From Opitutaceae bacterium (GTDB lineage: Bacteria; Verrucomicrobiota; Verrucomicrobiia; Opitutales; Opitutaceae), in the NCBI GenBank assembly GCA_044356555.1, contig JBIKWB010000024.1, positions 8,504 to 72,503 on the forward strand: a stretch of DNA of 64,000 nucleotides. The letters run 5' to 3'. This document shows positions 8,339 to 17,787 of this stretch, in pieces. Below the pieces are notes generated by a model. It was given only the letters and a program-made list of their open reading frames with translations. It had not been told where the DNA came from and did no database searches. The position numbers were made by a program, and so were the translations under genes. Each line of letters opens with the position of its first letter. Within the stretch, counting starts at the first letter, position 1.

Positions 8339-9133
8339 ATGCCGCCCCGTCGTTTCCTCACCATTCTGCTCCCGGCCTTCGCCGGTGCGCTCTTCGTCGC
8401 GATCTGGATCTTCGTCCGTGCGTCGCTCTCCGACGATTTCCGTTTCCTGCTTCCCGCGCCCACCGAGGTCCTTGCCGCCTTCCGCGACCATGGCGACGAG
8501 CTCTGGCGCGCCACCCTCAACACCGCCGCCGGCGCCACCCTCGGATTTCTCGCCGCCGTCGTGGTCAGCTTTTTGCTTTCACTGCTGCTCTCCCTTTCGC
8601 CGCTCGTGCGGGTGACTTTTTATCCCTACCTCATGCTCCTGCAGATGACGCCGATCATCGTTTTTGCGCCCATCCTCGTGCTTTGGGTCGGCGCCGGCCT
8701 GAAGAGCGTCACGATCATCACGTTCCTCATCTGCTTTTTCCCGCTCGCGGTGAACACGACCCAGGGTCTCGTCTCCACCGACCGCAATCTCGTCGAGCTC
8801 TTCCAACTTTACCGAGCCACCAAGTTCCAGGAAATCCGACGGCTCCGCATCCCGGCCGCACTGCCGTATTTTTTTACCGGTCTGCGCATCGCCGCGACGC
8901 TTGCACCCATCGGTGCCCTCGTCGGCGACTACACCGCCGGCAGCTCCGCCGGCGACGGCGGAGGCCTCGGTTTCCAAACGATCATCTACAGCAGCCAGGC
9001 GAAATATCCCGCGCTCTTCGCCACCGCCGCGGTGTGTTGCGCGCTCGGCTTTATCTTTGTCGCCGGTGTGCTTTCGCTCAGTTGGCTCTCCCTCCGCAAA
9101 TGGCATGACTCCTACGACCGCGCCGATACCTGA
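8339..9133 (+). CDS. ABC transporter permease (NitT/TauT family, BPD-type)
   Basis: 264 aa with about 6 TM helices. The EAA-like loop LYRATKFQEIRRLRIPAALPYFFTGLRIA is typical of SsuC/TauC-type permeases. Confidence 0.85.
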   Translation: MPPRRFLTILLPAFAGALFVAIWIFVRASLSDDFRFLLPAPTEVLAAFRDHGDELWRATLNTAAGATLGFLAAVVVSFLLSLLLSLSPLVRVTFYPYLMLLQMTPIIVFAPILVLWVGAGLKSVTIITFLICFFPLAVNTTQGLVSTDRNLVELFQLYRATKFQEIRRLRIPAALPYFFTGLRIAATLAPIGALVGDYTAGSSAGDGGGLGFQTIIYSSQAKYPALFATAAVCCALGFIFVAGVLSLSWLSLRKWHDSYDRADT

Positions 9134-9155
9134 ACCGCCCGTAATTTTCCCGCTC

Positions 9156-10160
9156 ATGAAACCGCTCCTGCACACCCTCGTCGTCCTCACCACGGCCCTT
9201 GTGTCCGTCGCCACCGCCCAAGCCGCGACGCCGGCCTCCGCCGCGAAGAAACCGCTCACGAAAATCACCCTGCAACTGGACTGGGTCGCCGAACCCCAGC
9301 ACGGCGGCATTTATCAGGCCCAAGTCCGCGGCTTCTTCGCGGCCGAGGGCCTCGACGTCACGATTGTCCCGGGCGGACCCAACGCCTTCGTCACCCAAAA
9401 AGTCGCCACCAACCAAGCGCAGCTCGGCCAAGGCGACAGCACCGACATCCTCCAAAAAATCGCCGTCGGCCTGCCCTTGCTCTCCGTCGCCGCCGTTTTC
9501 CAGGACGACCCTTCCGGCCTGCTCATCAACCCTTCCAGCTCCGTTCGCCGCTTCGAAGACCTCCAGGGCAAAACCGTCATCGCCCGCCCCGAGTGGACGT
9601 TTCTCGCCCTCCTGAAAAAGAAATACGGCGTCACCGTGAACGTGGTCCCGCAGAGTTTTTCGGTCGCCGCCTTCCTCGGCGACAAGGAGGCGATCCAACA
9701 GGGCTATTTTATCGCGGAGCCCTACTTCATCGAAAAAGCCGGCGGCGCCAAACCCCGCTTCCTTTCCTCGTGGGACGCCGGCTTCCGCGCTTACGCGGTC
9801 CTTTTCACCAATCGTAAATTTGCCCGCGAAAATCCCGAAGCGCTTCGCGCGTTCATGCGCGCCTATGTGAAAGGCTGGCGAGACTACCTCGAAGGCGATC
9901 CCACCGCCGCCCACGCGGCGATGAAACTCACCAACTCGTCCATCGACGACAAGTTCGCGCTGGCCTCCCGCCAACTGATTCTCGATGAGAAGCTCGTCAC
10001 CGGCCGAGACGCCGACGGCGGTCTCGCCAACATCGGCCAACTCTCCACCAGCCGTTTCGCCACCCAAATTACCCAGCTCGAAGAGATCGGTCTGCTCGCC
10101 AAGGGCAAAGTCACCCCCGCCCAAGCAATGACCACCGAATTCCTGCCGTCCTCCAAATAG
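9156..10160 (+). CDS. ABC transporter substrate-binding protein, NMT1/THI5-like (SsuA/ThiY-type)
   Basis: Start at ATG 9156: MKPLLHTLVVLTTALVSVATAQA signal peptide, then ITLQLDWVAEPQHGGIYQAQVRGFFAAEGLDVTIVPGGPN, typical of NMT1-like binding proteins. The longer ORF in the track overlaps the permease. Confidence 0.8.
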   Translation: MKPLLHTLVVLTTALVSVATAQAATPASAAKKPLTKITLQLDWVAEPQHGGIYQAQVRGFFAAEGLDVTIVPGGPNAFVTQKVATNQAQLGQGDSTDILQKIAVGLPLLSVAAVFQDDPSGLLINPSSSVRRFEDLQGKTVIARPEWTFLALLKKKYGVTVNVVPQSFSVAAFLGDKEAIQQGYFIAEPYFIEKAGGAKPRFLSSWDAGFRAYAVLFTNRKFARENPEALRAFMRAYVKGWRDYLEGDPTAAHAAMKLTNSSIDDKFALASRQLILDEKLVTGRDADGGLANIGQLSTSRFATQITQLEEIGLLAKGKVTPAQAMTTEFLPSSK

Positions 10161-10299
10161 GGCACCATCTCGGCCCCGCCCTTCCCCGTCGGTCCCAAAT
10201 CGGGCGGGCCGCCGTTCACGACCACACCCACGTTTCACGCCGGGCGTATTTCGTGGTTTCCATCTCGCGTTGGGCTCCTACCTAATCGGCGCTTTCCCC

Positions 10300-11412
10300 A
10301 TGCCCGCCCGTCTTCGCGCGCTCTTTCGTTTTCAAGAAAGCGGCCTGCTCCTCGTCATCCTTGCCCTCGGCGCCCTCCTCACCGCCTTCGCCGGCACCGT
10401 GCGCACTCCGGTTTTTGAACGCGCTGCCGACGGTACCCGCGCCCGCGTTTACACCACCGATGCGGCCGGCGAACGGGTGCCGCTCACGATCGAGAAAAAC
10501 AAATTTCTCAACGCCCAGAATCTCGCGCAACTCGCCAAAGACACCTCGTTCATCGCCATCATGGCCGTCGGCATGGCGCTCGTGATCATCTCCGGCGGTA
10601 TCGATCTCACCGTCGGATCCATCTACGCTCTTGCCTCTGTCGCCGGTGCCCTCGTGCTCCGTCACTTCGGCGCGGAAGGACCCGCCGCGACTTCGCCCAT
10701 CCTCGGAATTTTGCTCGGGACCGGCACTTGTCTCGGGATCGCCGCGCTTTGCGGCCTCGCCTCCGGCAGTCTCATCGTCGCGCTCCGCGTGCACCCGTTT
10801 ATCATCACGCTCGGCGGCATGGCGATCTACCGCGGCATCGCCTTCGTCATCACCGAAGGTCAATCCATCGGCAGTTTTCCCGCGGCATTTCGCGAGTTTG
10901 TGCGCTTCGAAGTCGGCGACGGCCTCGGGGTGGTTCCCCTCGCCACGATGCTCGTCGTGCTTTTCGTCGGGTGGATCTTTCTCTCTCGCCTCGCCGCCGG
11001 CCGACGCGTCTACGCCATCGGCGGCAACGAGCTCGCCGCGCGTTTCTCCGGTATCCGCGTCGAGCGGGTCAAACTGGGCGTCTACGTCATCTCCGGCCTG
11101 TGCGCGGGCATCGCCGCCCTGCTCTCGATCGGTTACTACGGCGCGGCCACCTCCGGCGATGGCCAAGGCTACGAGCTCAACGTCATTGCCGCTGCCGTCG
11201 TCGGCGGCGCCAGTCTCAACGGCGGCCGAGGCTCCGCTCTCGGGGTTGTCCTCGGCGCACTGATCATCCAAATGATTTCCAGCGGGATCGTCATTCTTGG
11301 CATCAACCAAAACTACAGCCAAATCATCATCGGTTCCGTCGTCATCTTCGCAGTCGTCCTCGACAACCTTAACACCTGGCTCGCCAAACGCCGCCTCACC
11401 GCCGCCGCCTGA
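10300..11412 (+). CDS. Sugar ABC transporter permease (RbsC/AraH branch)
   Basis: Multi-TM protein with GGIDLTVGSIYALA and GGRGSALGVVLGALII motifs typical of ribose/xylose-type permeases. ATG at 10300 is preferred over TTG at 10270. Confidence 0.85.
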   Translation: MPARLRALFRFQESGLLLVILALGALLTAFAGTVRTPVFERAADGTRARVYTTDAAGERVPLTIEKNKFLNAQNLAQLAKDTSFIAIMAVGMALVIISGGIDLTVGSIYALASVAGALVLRHFGAEGPAATSPILGILLGTGTCLGIAALCGLASGSLIVALRVHPFIITLGGMAIYRGIAFVITEGQSIGSFPAAFREFVRFEVGDGLGVVPLATMLVVLFVGWIFLSRLAAGRRVYAIGGNELAARFSGIRVERVKLGVYVISGLCAGIAALLSIGYYGAATSGDGQGYELNVIAAAVVGGASLNGGRGSALGVVLGALIIQMISSGIVILGINQNYSQIIIGSVVIFAVVLDNLNTWLAKRRLTAAA

Positions 11413-11481
11413 TTTCCATAAAACCTGGCCCCTGTCGCCCTCGTTGCCCCCCTTTTTCCTCGTTCAAAACTTCCCCCTCCC

Positions 11482-12438
11482 ATGCAGAAAATCCTCCTCG
11501 CCGCTCTCGCCCTCGCGTTCGCCTCGGTAGCCCAAGCCGCCGAAAAATCCCGCACGATCACCATCGGTCTCGTCGCCAAATCCCAAGGCAACCCCGTCTT
11601 CCAAGCCGCCCGCGTCGGTGCCGTTGACGCCGCCAAGGAGCTCGGCGCCAAACACAAACTGACCATCAAAATCGACTGGCGCACCCCCAACGAGGAAGAC
11701 GCCCAGAAACAGGCCGAGGCCATCGAGCAACTCGTCCTCACCGGCGCCGAGGGCATCGCCGTCGCTTGCTCCGACGCCAACAAACTGACCGACGCCATCA
11801 ACTCCGCCGTCAAAAACGGGGTGCCCGTCGCCACCTTCGACTCCGATGCCCCCGCGTCGAAGCGCTTCGTCACTTACGGCGTCGACGACCTGCTTTGCGG
11901 CGCCCAAGTCATGGACGAACTCGCCAAAATCATGAACGGCCGCGGCGTCGTCGCCATTCTCGCGGGCAACCAAAACGCCCCGAACCTCCAGATCCGCGTC
12001 AAGGGCGTGCGCGAAGCCGCCAAAAAATATCCCGGTATCACGATCCGCGACGCCTTCTATCACAAAGAGACCGCGCAGGACGCCGCCGCCAAGGTCGAGC
12101 AGGTCATGCAGGCCAACCCCGACATCACCGGCTGGGCCATGATCGGTGGCTGGCCGCTGTTCACCGAAAACGCCCTCAAGTGGCAACCCGGCACCGTCAA
12201 GTGCGTCGCCGTCGACGCTCTACCCGCGCAGCTCGCCTACATCCGCAGCGGCCACGTTCCCGTGCTCCTTGCGCAACAGTGCTACGAGTGGGGCTACAAA
12301 TCCGTCGAGCACCTCATCAACAAAATCGTCCTCAAGAAAGACCCGGTCGCCGTCAAAGACATCAGCGCCCTCATCCCCGTGACCAAAGACAACGTGGACG
12401 CCTTCGCCAAAAACTGGGACAAGTGGCTGCCAAAGTAA
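11482..12438 (+). CDS. Sugar ABC transporter periplasmic binding protein (RbsB-like, Peripla_BP_4 type)
   Basis: Signal peptide MQKILLAALALAFASVAQA, then ITIGLVAKSQGNPVFQAARVGAVDAAKELG...GIAVACSDANKLTDAINSAVKNGVPVATFDSD. Confidence 0.85.
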   Translation: MQKILLAALALAFASVAQAAEKSRTITIGLVAKSQGNPVFQAARVGAVDAAKELGAKHKLTIKIDWRTPNEEDAQKQAEAIEQLVLTGAEGIAVACSDANKLTDAINSAVKNGVPVATFDSDAPASKRFVTYGVDDLLCGAQVMDELAKIMNGRGVVAILAGNQNAPNLQIRVKGVREAAKKYPGITIRDAFYHKETAQDAAAKVEQVMQANPDITGWAMIGGWPLFTENALKWQPGTVKCVAVDALPAQLAYIRSGHVPVLLAQQCYEWGYKSVEHLINKIVLKKDPVAVKDISALIPVTKDNVDAFAKNWDKWLPK

Positions 12439-12441
12439 AAA

Positions 12442-12469
12442 CGTAGGGCCGGGCCTCCGACCCGCCCTC
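12442..12469 (+). repeat. REP-like hairpin element, copy a (cgtagggccgggcctccgacccgccctc)
   Basis: Begins 4 nt after the TAA stop of the binding-protein gene. GGGCCGGG/CCCGCCC arms surround a cctccga loop. Related copies are at 14019 and 25971. Confidence 0.5.
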
Positions 12470-12522
12470 TTTGGGCGCACGGCCGGCCACCACCGCCCTG
12501 CCTCCGATTCACCCTTGGCCCC

Positions 12523-14016
12523 GTGCCCTTCCTAGAGTTCCGCCAGATCACCAAGCGCTTCCCTGGCGTCCTCGCGCTCAACGGCGTCTCCCTCACCGTC
12601 GAGCGCGGCACCTGCCACGCGCTCATCGGTGAAAACGGCGCCGGCAAAAGCACCCTCGGGAAAATCCTCGCCGGCGTTTACACCGCCGATTCCGGCCAAA
12701 TTCTTATCGACGGTCGGCCGGTCGCACCGACCACCCCACTCGCCGCCCGCGAACTCGGCATCGCGATGGTCCACCAAGAACTCGCGTTCTGCCCCAACCT
12801 CTCCGTCGCCGAAAACCTCTGCCTCGGAGACCTTCCTCGTCGCCGCGGCTTTATCGACCGCTCCGCCCTCCGCGCCCGCGCCCGTGCCTTGCTTGCCGCC
12901 GTCGGCGCCGACATCGATCCCGACATCCCGATCGGCACCCTTTCAACGGGTCGGGAACAGCTCGTTCAGATCGCCGCCGCCGTCGGCACCGGCGCGCAGA
13001 TCATCGTGATGGACGAACCCACGAGCTCGCTTTCCGCCGCCGAGACCACCGATCTTTTTCGCCTCGTCCGCGAGCTCAAGGCCCGCGGCCTCACGCTTAT
13101 CTATGTGTCGCATCGCCTCGAGGAGCTCTTCGCCCTTTGCGATCATATCACCGTCCTCCGCGACGGCCGCCATATCGCCACCGAGGCCATCGCCTCGATC
13201 ACGCCGGCCCGCGTCGTCACCCAAATGATCGGCCGCGAACTCCGCGCCCACACTCCCGTCCATCTCGCCCGCGAACTCGGCCCGGTCCGATTGAGCGCGA
13301 CCGCCCTCACGTCGCCGGGCCATTTCACCAACATTCCGCTCTCGGTCCGCGCCGGCGAAATCGTCGGTCTGGCCGGCATTGTCGGCGCCGGTCGCAGCGA
13401 AGTAGTGCAAGCCCTCTTCGGCCTTGATCCCGCCGCCACCGGCGAGGTCCGCATCAACGACCGCCCGCTTGCCCTCGGCTCCATCGAACAAGCCCTTGCC
13501 GCCGGCCTTGGACTCGTCCCGGAAGATCGGAAGCGCCAAGGTCTCGTCCTCGGACTGAACTGCCGCGAAAACACCGCCCTCGCCGCGCTGCCGTTGCTCA
13601 CGCGCTTCGGTTTCGTCCGGCGCGCCGCCGAAGCGACCCTCACCGCGCGCTATGCCACGCGCCTCCGCGTAAAAACCCCCTCGATGGAAGCGATCACGGC
13701 CGGCCTCAGCGGCGGTAATCAACAAAAGATCGCCCTCGCCAAATGGCTCGCCCGGGACTGCGACGTGCTCCTCATCGACGAGCCCACCCGCGGAGTCGAC
13801 GTGGGCGCGAAGGCCGAGATTTACCAATTGCTCGACGAACTCGCCTGCGAGGGCAAAGCGCTCCTCGTCGTGTCCTCCGAGCTTCCTGAATTGATCGGCC
13901 TCTGCCGGCGGATTCTGGTCATGCGTCAAGGCGCGCTCGCGGGCGAACTCCCCCACGCTGCCTTCAGCGAAGCTGCCCTCATGCAATTGATGGCCGGTCT
14001 CCCCGCTGCCGCCTGA
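12523..14016 (+). CDS. Sugar ABC transporter ATP-binding protein with duplicated ATPase domains (RbsA/MglA-like)
   Basis: Two ABC cassettes: GENGAGKST ... LSTGREQLVQIAAA ... IIVMDEPTS, and a second with LSGGNQQKIALAKWL ... LLIDEPTRGVDVGA. Confidence 0.9.
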   Translation: MPFLEFRQITKRFPGVLALNGVSLTVERGTCHALIGENGAGKSTLGKILAGVYTADSGQILIDGRPVAPTTPLAARELGIAMVHQELAFCPNLSVAENLCLGDLPRRRGFIDRSALRARARALLAAVGADIDPDIPIGTLSTGREQLVQIAAAVGTGAQIIVMDEPTSSLSAAETTDLFRLVRELKARGLTLIYVSHRLEELFALCDHITVLRDGRHIATEAIASITPARVVTQMIGRELRAHTPVHLARELGPVRLSATALTSPGHFTNIPLSVRAGEIVGLAGIVGAGRSEVVQALFGLDPAATGEVRINDRPLALGSIEQALAAGLGLVPEDRKRQGLVLGLNCRENTALAALPLLTRFGFVRRAAEATLTARYATRLRVKTPSMEAITAGLSGGNQQKIALAKWLARDCDVLLIDEPTRGVDVGAKAEIYQLLDELACEGKALLVVSSELPELIGLCRRILVMRQGALAGELPHAAFSEAALMQLMAGLPAAA

Positions 14017-14018
14017 GC

Positions 14019-14050
14019 GTGTCGCAGGGCGGGGTCTCCGACCCGCCCCC
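14019..14050 (+). repeat. REP-like hairpin element, copy b (gtgtcgcagggcggggtctccgacccgccccc), probably also a terminator
   Basis: Starts 3 nt after the TGA stop. Perfect GGGCGGG/CCCGCCC stem around gtctccga, followed by ccttttgattt. Confidence 0.55.
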
Positions 14051-14166
14051 TTTTGATTTGGCAAGCGCCACGGACGCCAAATCCACGCCCAGCCAATGCC
14101 AAAATCTGCGCCTCGTTCGCCAATCCCCGCGCAGCCAAACCGCGCCGATCCGACTAGACTGGGCCC

Positions 14167-14625
14167 ATGAAAACCATCCTCGCCCCCATCGACTTTTCCG
14201 CCGTGAGCGACGCCGTGATCGACGCCGCAGTGCTCCTCGCCCGTGCCGCTTCCGCCCGTATTGTCCTGCTGAGCGTGGTCCAACCTCCGGTCATCACGAG
14301 TGACTATGGCCCGATGCTCGAAAACATCGGTGAGATCGTGGCCGCGAGTGAAAAAACTCTCGCCCGCCGGCTCAAACAACTCGTCAAGCGTCTCGTCGCG
14401 GCCGACCTACCCGTTGAGACCGTGCTCCTCACCGGCACTCCCGCCCAACTCATCTTGGCCCAAGCTGAGGTCGAGCAGGCCGACTACATCATAATGGGCT
14501 CGCACGGCCACACGGCCCTCTACGATTTGCTCGTCGGCAGCACAACTCATCAGGTCCTTCGCAAAGCGAAGTGCCCGGTAGTGATCGTCCCGTCGCCGAC
14601 GAAGGCCGCGGGTAAAAAAAAGTAA
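14167..14625 (+). CDS. Universal stress protein (UspA family)
   Basis: MKTILAPIDFSAVSDAVIDAAVLLAR...ADYIIMGSHGHTALYDLLVGSTTHQVLRKAKCPVVIV, a canonical Usp fold with the G-2x-G-9x-G(S/T) motif. Confidence 0.85.
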   Translation: MKTILAPIDFSAVSDAVIDAAVLLARAASARIVLLSVVQPPVITSDYGPMLENIGEIVAASEKTLARRLKQLVKRLVAADLPVETVLLTGTPAQLILAQAEVEQADYIIMGSHGHTALYDLLVGSTTHQVLRKAKCPVVIVPSPTKAAGKKK

Positions 14626-14630
14626 GCGGA

Positions 14631-14689
14631 CCGCCAACCGGCCCACACCGGCCGGTGGCGAACCGAGGAGCGTAAGGCGCGCCTTACGC
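14631..14689 (+). terminator. Two consecutive GC-rich hairpins after usp, the second a perfect 20-nt palindrome
   Basis: cgccaaccggcc-cacac-cggccggtggcg at 14631-14660, and gcgtaaggcgcgccttacgc at 14670-14689. There is no clear U-tract, so terminator function is tentative. Confidence 0.35.
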
Positions 14690-14859
14690 ACCCTCGAGCG
14701 CCCGCCTGATTCGAGTTCCACTTTGCCCTTATCACGCCCGATGAGCGCGGCCCGGAAGCGGCTTTGCCTCATCGCCCCTTCCTCCCGCCCCGCGAGCTTC
14801 GCAACGCTTCCGTTTTCGGCGTACTTGCCAAATCCCGCGGCGGTTGTTCCCGTATTGGA

Positions 14860-17622
14860 ATGCGTCCCCCCGTCGCCCCCGCTCCGCGTTCCCTTCTCAG
14901 CCCGTGGCTCCTCGCCACCGCGCTCGCCATCCCGGCCTCGCTACTACTCGCCCAGGCACCCGCGCCCGCCACCCCGGCCGCACCGACTGCCGCCGTCGCC
15001 GCGCCCACCCCCGAGCTGATCCCCGTCAACATGCTCTCCGTGCCCGAGGGCTTCGAAGTCACCCTTTGGGCCAAGTCCCCGCTGTTCAATAATCCGACGA
15101 ACATGGACATCGACGCCCAAGGCCGCATCTGGATCACCGAGGGCGTTAACTATCGCAAGAACTCCGGCCGCGCTTCCGCCGGAGACAAAATCACCGTCCT
15201 GTCCGACACCGATGGCGACGGCCAAGCCGACTCCAGTTACACCTTCGTCCAAGAGCCCGGGCTCGTCGCGCCACTCGGGATGTCGGTCATCGACAACCGC
15301 ATCTTCGTCTCCAACGCCCCCGACCTCATCGTCTACACCGACGTTGACCGCGACGGGAAATTCAATCCCGCGATCGACAAACGCGACGTGCTCCTCACCG
15401 GCTTCAACGGCCGCAACCACGACCACTCGCTCCACTCCGTCACCTTCGGCCCCGACGGCCTCCTCTACTTTTCCCAAGGCAATTGCGGCGCCCTTTTTAC
15501 CGATCGCTCCAACCGCACCTTCCGCGTCGGTAGCCCCTACGATCCCATCAACAGCGGCGGCGCCGGCGCGCTCTATAGCTGGCGTCCACCCCAAATCGCC
15601 GGGGCCAAGAGCGACGACGGCCACGTTTATCTCGGTGGTTTTACCGCGCGCATGCAGCCCGACGCGACCCGCGTCGAAATCATCGGCCACAACTACCGCA
15701 ACAGCTACGAGCAAACCGTCACTTCGTTCGGCGATGTCTTCCAAAACGACAACGACGATCCGCCGGCCTGTCGCACCACGTTCCTCATCGAATACGGCAA
15801 CCTCGGCTTCGCCTCCTTCGACGGTAAGCGCACGTGGAACGCCGACCGGCGTCCCGGCCAGTCCATCCCTACCGCGGAGTGGCGCCAGGAAGATCCCCAC
15901 ACCATTCCCGCCGGCGACGTTTACGGCGGCGGTTCGCCCACCGGCATCGTCAGCTATGAAGGCGACGCCTTTGGCGAGAAATGGCGCGGCTTGCTCCTCA
16001 GCGCCGAGCCCAGCCGCAACGTCGTGTTCGGCTATTTCCCCAAGACCGAGGGCGCCGGCTTCGGCCTCGAACGCTTCGATTTCATCACCTCGAATCAAGA
16101 AAAGGAATTCGCCGGCGTCGACTTCAAGGGGGGCATGAAGTCGGTCAACTCTGAGCTGAAAACGTTCTTCCGCCCCTCCGACGTCGCCGTCGGACCCGAC
16201 GGAGCGATCTACGTCGCCGACTGGTTTGACCCGCGCGTCGGCGGCCACGCCGACCTTGATACCAAGACCGTCGGGGCCATCTACCGCATCGCGCCCAAGG
16301 GGTTCAAGTCCGTCGTGCCAAAGTTCGATCTCACGACCACTGCCGGCCAGATCGCCGCGTTGAAAAACCCCTCGGTCAACGTGCGCGCCTCCGGCTTCAT
16401 CCCGCTCAAGGCGCAAGGTGCCGCCGCGGTTCCCGCCGTCGCCGCTCTCCTCAGCGACGCCAACCCCTTCATCCGCGCCCGCGCGATCTTCCTCCTCGCC
16501 CACCTCGGAGCGCCCGGCATCGCCCTCGTCGAAAAACAACTTTCCTCCGCCGATGCGCAAACCCGTGTCGCCGCTTACCGCGCCCTCCGCCGCGCCGATC
16601 AACCTTATCTGAATCACGCCGCGAAACTCGCCTCCGACCCTTCACCCGCCGTGCGCCGCGAGGTCGCGACCTCCCTCCGCGACGTCCCCTTCGCCGCCGC
16701 CCGCGATATTCTTCTCACTCTAGCCAAAGGCTACGACGGCAAAGACCGCGCTTACCTCGCCGCTTGGGGCATCGGTGCCACTCATAAAGAAGCCGATCTT
16801 TACGCGGCCCTAGCCGCCGCCCAGCCGGAAAAAGACCCGCTCAAATGGCCGTCCGCCCATGCCGACCTCGTCTGGCGCCTCACGCCCGCCGATGCCGTGA
16901 CGGCATTCGCCGCCCGCGCCTCGTCCAACGCCCTGCCCGATGCGGCCCGCCTCGCCGCATTGACCGCGCTCGGTTTCACGCCAAACCGCGATGCCGCCTT
17001 CGCGATCCTAGACCTCGCACAAAGCGCCAAAGGAAAAGTCCAAGCCACTGCCCTCTGGTGGCTGCTCAACTACAAAGATTCCCGCTGGGCCGCCTTTGGG
17101 CTTAATCCCGAGCTCAAATCCCGCGGTCTCTACGACCCGGAAAAGGTCGTGTTAACCACGAGCGTGATCGCCCCGCCGCCCCCCACGAAGCTTCCGCCGG
17201 TCGCCGAAATCGCCGCTCTGAAAGGCGACGCTGCCCGCGGCGCCGCCTTCGCGGCCACCTGCTACATCTGCCACCGCATCGGCGGCAACGGCGTCGATTA
17301 CGCACCCGACCTCACCGGCTTCGCCAGCCGACAGCCCACCGAGGTCGTCATCAATTCTATTGTGAATCCGTCCTCCGATATCGCCCACGGCTACGAAGGC
17401 ACCGAATTCATTTTGAAGGACGGCACCGTCATCCACGGCCTCCCTCTCACCTCGGGCGATCCGGTCATCGTTCAGTCGATGGGCGGCACCAACCAGATGA
17501 TCCCCGCCGGCAAAATCAAATCCCGCCAGCGCCTAAATCGCTCCCTCATGCTCAGCAGCGAACAACTCGGCCTCAACGCCCAAGCCGTCGCCGATCTCGT
17601 TGCCTACCTCAAAACCCAGTAG
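14860..17622 (+). CDS. PVC-type heme-binding protein: membrane-bound dehydrogenase-like beta-propeller + HEAT repeats + C-terminal cytochrome c domain
   Basis: Signal peptide from ATG 14860 (MRPPVAPAPRSLLSPWLLATALAIPASLLLAQA). N-terminal region FEVTLWAKSPLFNNPTNMDIDAQGRIWITEGVNY. Central HEAT-like repeats (NPFIRARAIFLLAHLG, DPSPAVRREVATSL). C-terminal CYICHRIGGNG heme c site. Confidence 0.8.
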   Translation: MRPPVAPAPRSLLSPWLLATALAIPASLLLAQAPAPATPAAPTAAVAAPTPELIPVNMLSVPEGFEVTLWAKSPLFNNPTNMDIDAQGRIWITEGVNYRKNSGRASAGDKITVLSDTDGDGQADSSYTFVQEPGLVAPLGMSVIDNRIFVSNAPDLIVYTDVDRDGKFNPAIDKRDVLLTGFNGRNHDHSLHSVTFGPDGLLYFSQGNCGALFTDRSNRTFRVGSPYDPINSGGAGALYSWRPPQIAGAKSDDGHVYLGGFTARMQPDATRVEIIGHNYRNSYEQTVTSFGDVFQNDNDDPPACRTTFLIEYGNLGFASFDGKRTWNADRRPGQSIPTAEWRQEDPHTIPAGDVYGGGSPTGIVSYEGDAFGEKWRGLLLSAEPSRNVVFGYFPKTEGAGFGLERFDFITSNQEKEFAGVDFKGGMKSVNSELKTFFRPSDVAVGPDGAIYVADWFDPRVGGHADLDTKTVGAIYRIAPKGFKSVVPKFDLTTTAGQIAALKNPSVNVRASGFIPLKAQGAAAVPAVAALLSDANPFIRARAIFLLAHLGAPGIALVEKQLSSADAQTRVAAYRALRRADQPYLNHAAKLASDPSPAVRREVATSLRDVPFAAARDILLTLAKGYDGKDRAYLAAWGIGATHKEADLYAALAAAQPEKDPLKWPSAHADLVWRLTPADAVTAFAARASSNALPDAARLAALTALGFTPNRDAAFAILDLAQSAKGKVQATALWWLLNYKDSRWAAFGLNPELKSRGLYDPEKVVLTTSVIAPPPPTKLPPVAEIAALKGDAARGAAFAATCYICHRIGGNGVDYAPDLTGFASRQPTEVVINSIVNPSSDIAHGYEGTEFILKDGTVIHGLPLTSGDPVIVQSMGGTNQMIPAGKIKSRQRLNRSLMLSSEQLGLNAQAVADLVAYLKTQ

Positions 17623-17690
17623 AACCACCGCCCAAACTGGTTTTTCCAAGGGAACACCGGCACGTCCGATCCCGGCCAGCCAATCCCCAA

Positions 17691-17717
17691 GCCCCGACGT
17701 TACAGTCGGGGCTTTTT
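17691..17717 (+). terminator. Rho-independent terminator
   Basis: Stem gccccgac (17691-17698), loop gttaca, stem gtcggggc (17705-17712), then ttttt. Confidence 0.75.
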
Positions 17718-17787
17718 CGTCCACCGCATCATGTGGCCTTGGAAATAATCTTTATTGTTGGCCAACCTGCGGTGTGAATTCCGCTCC

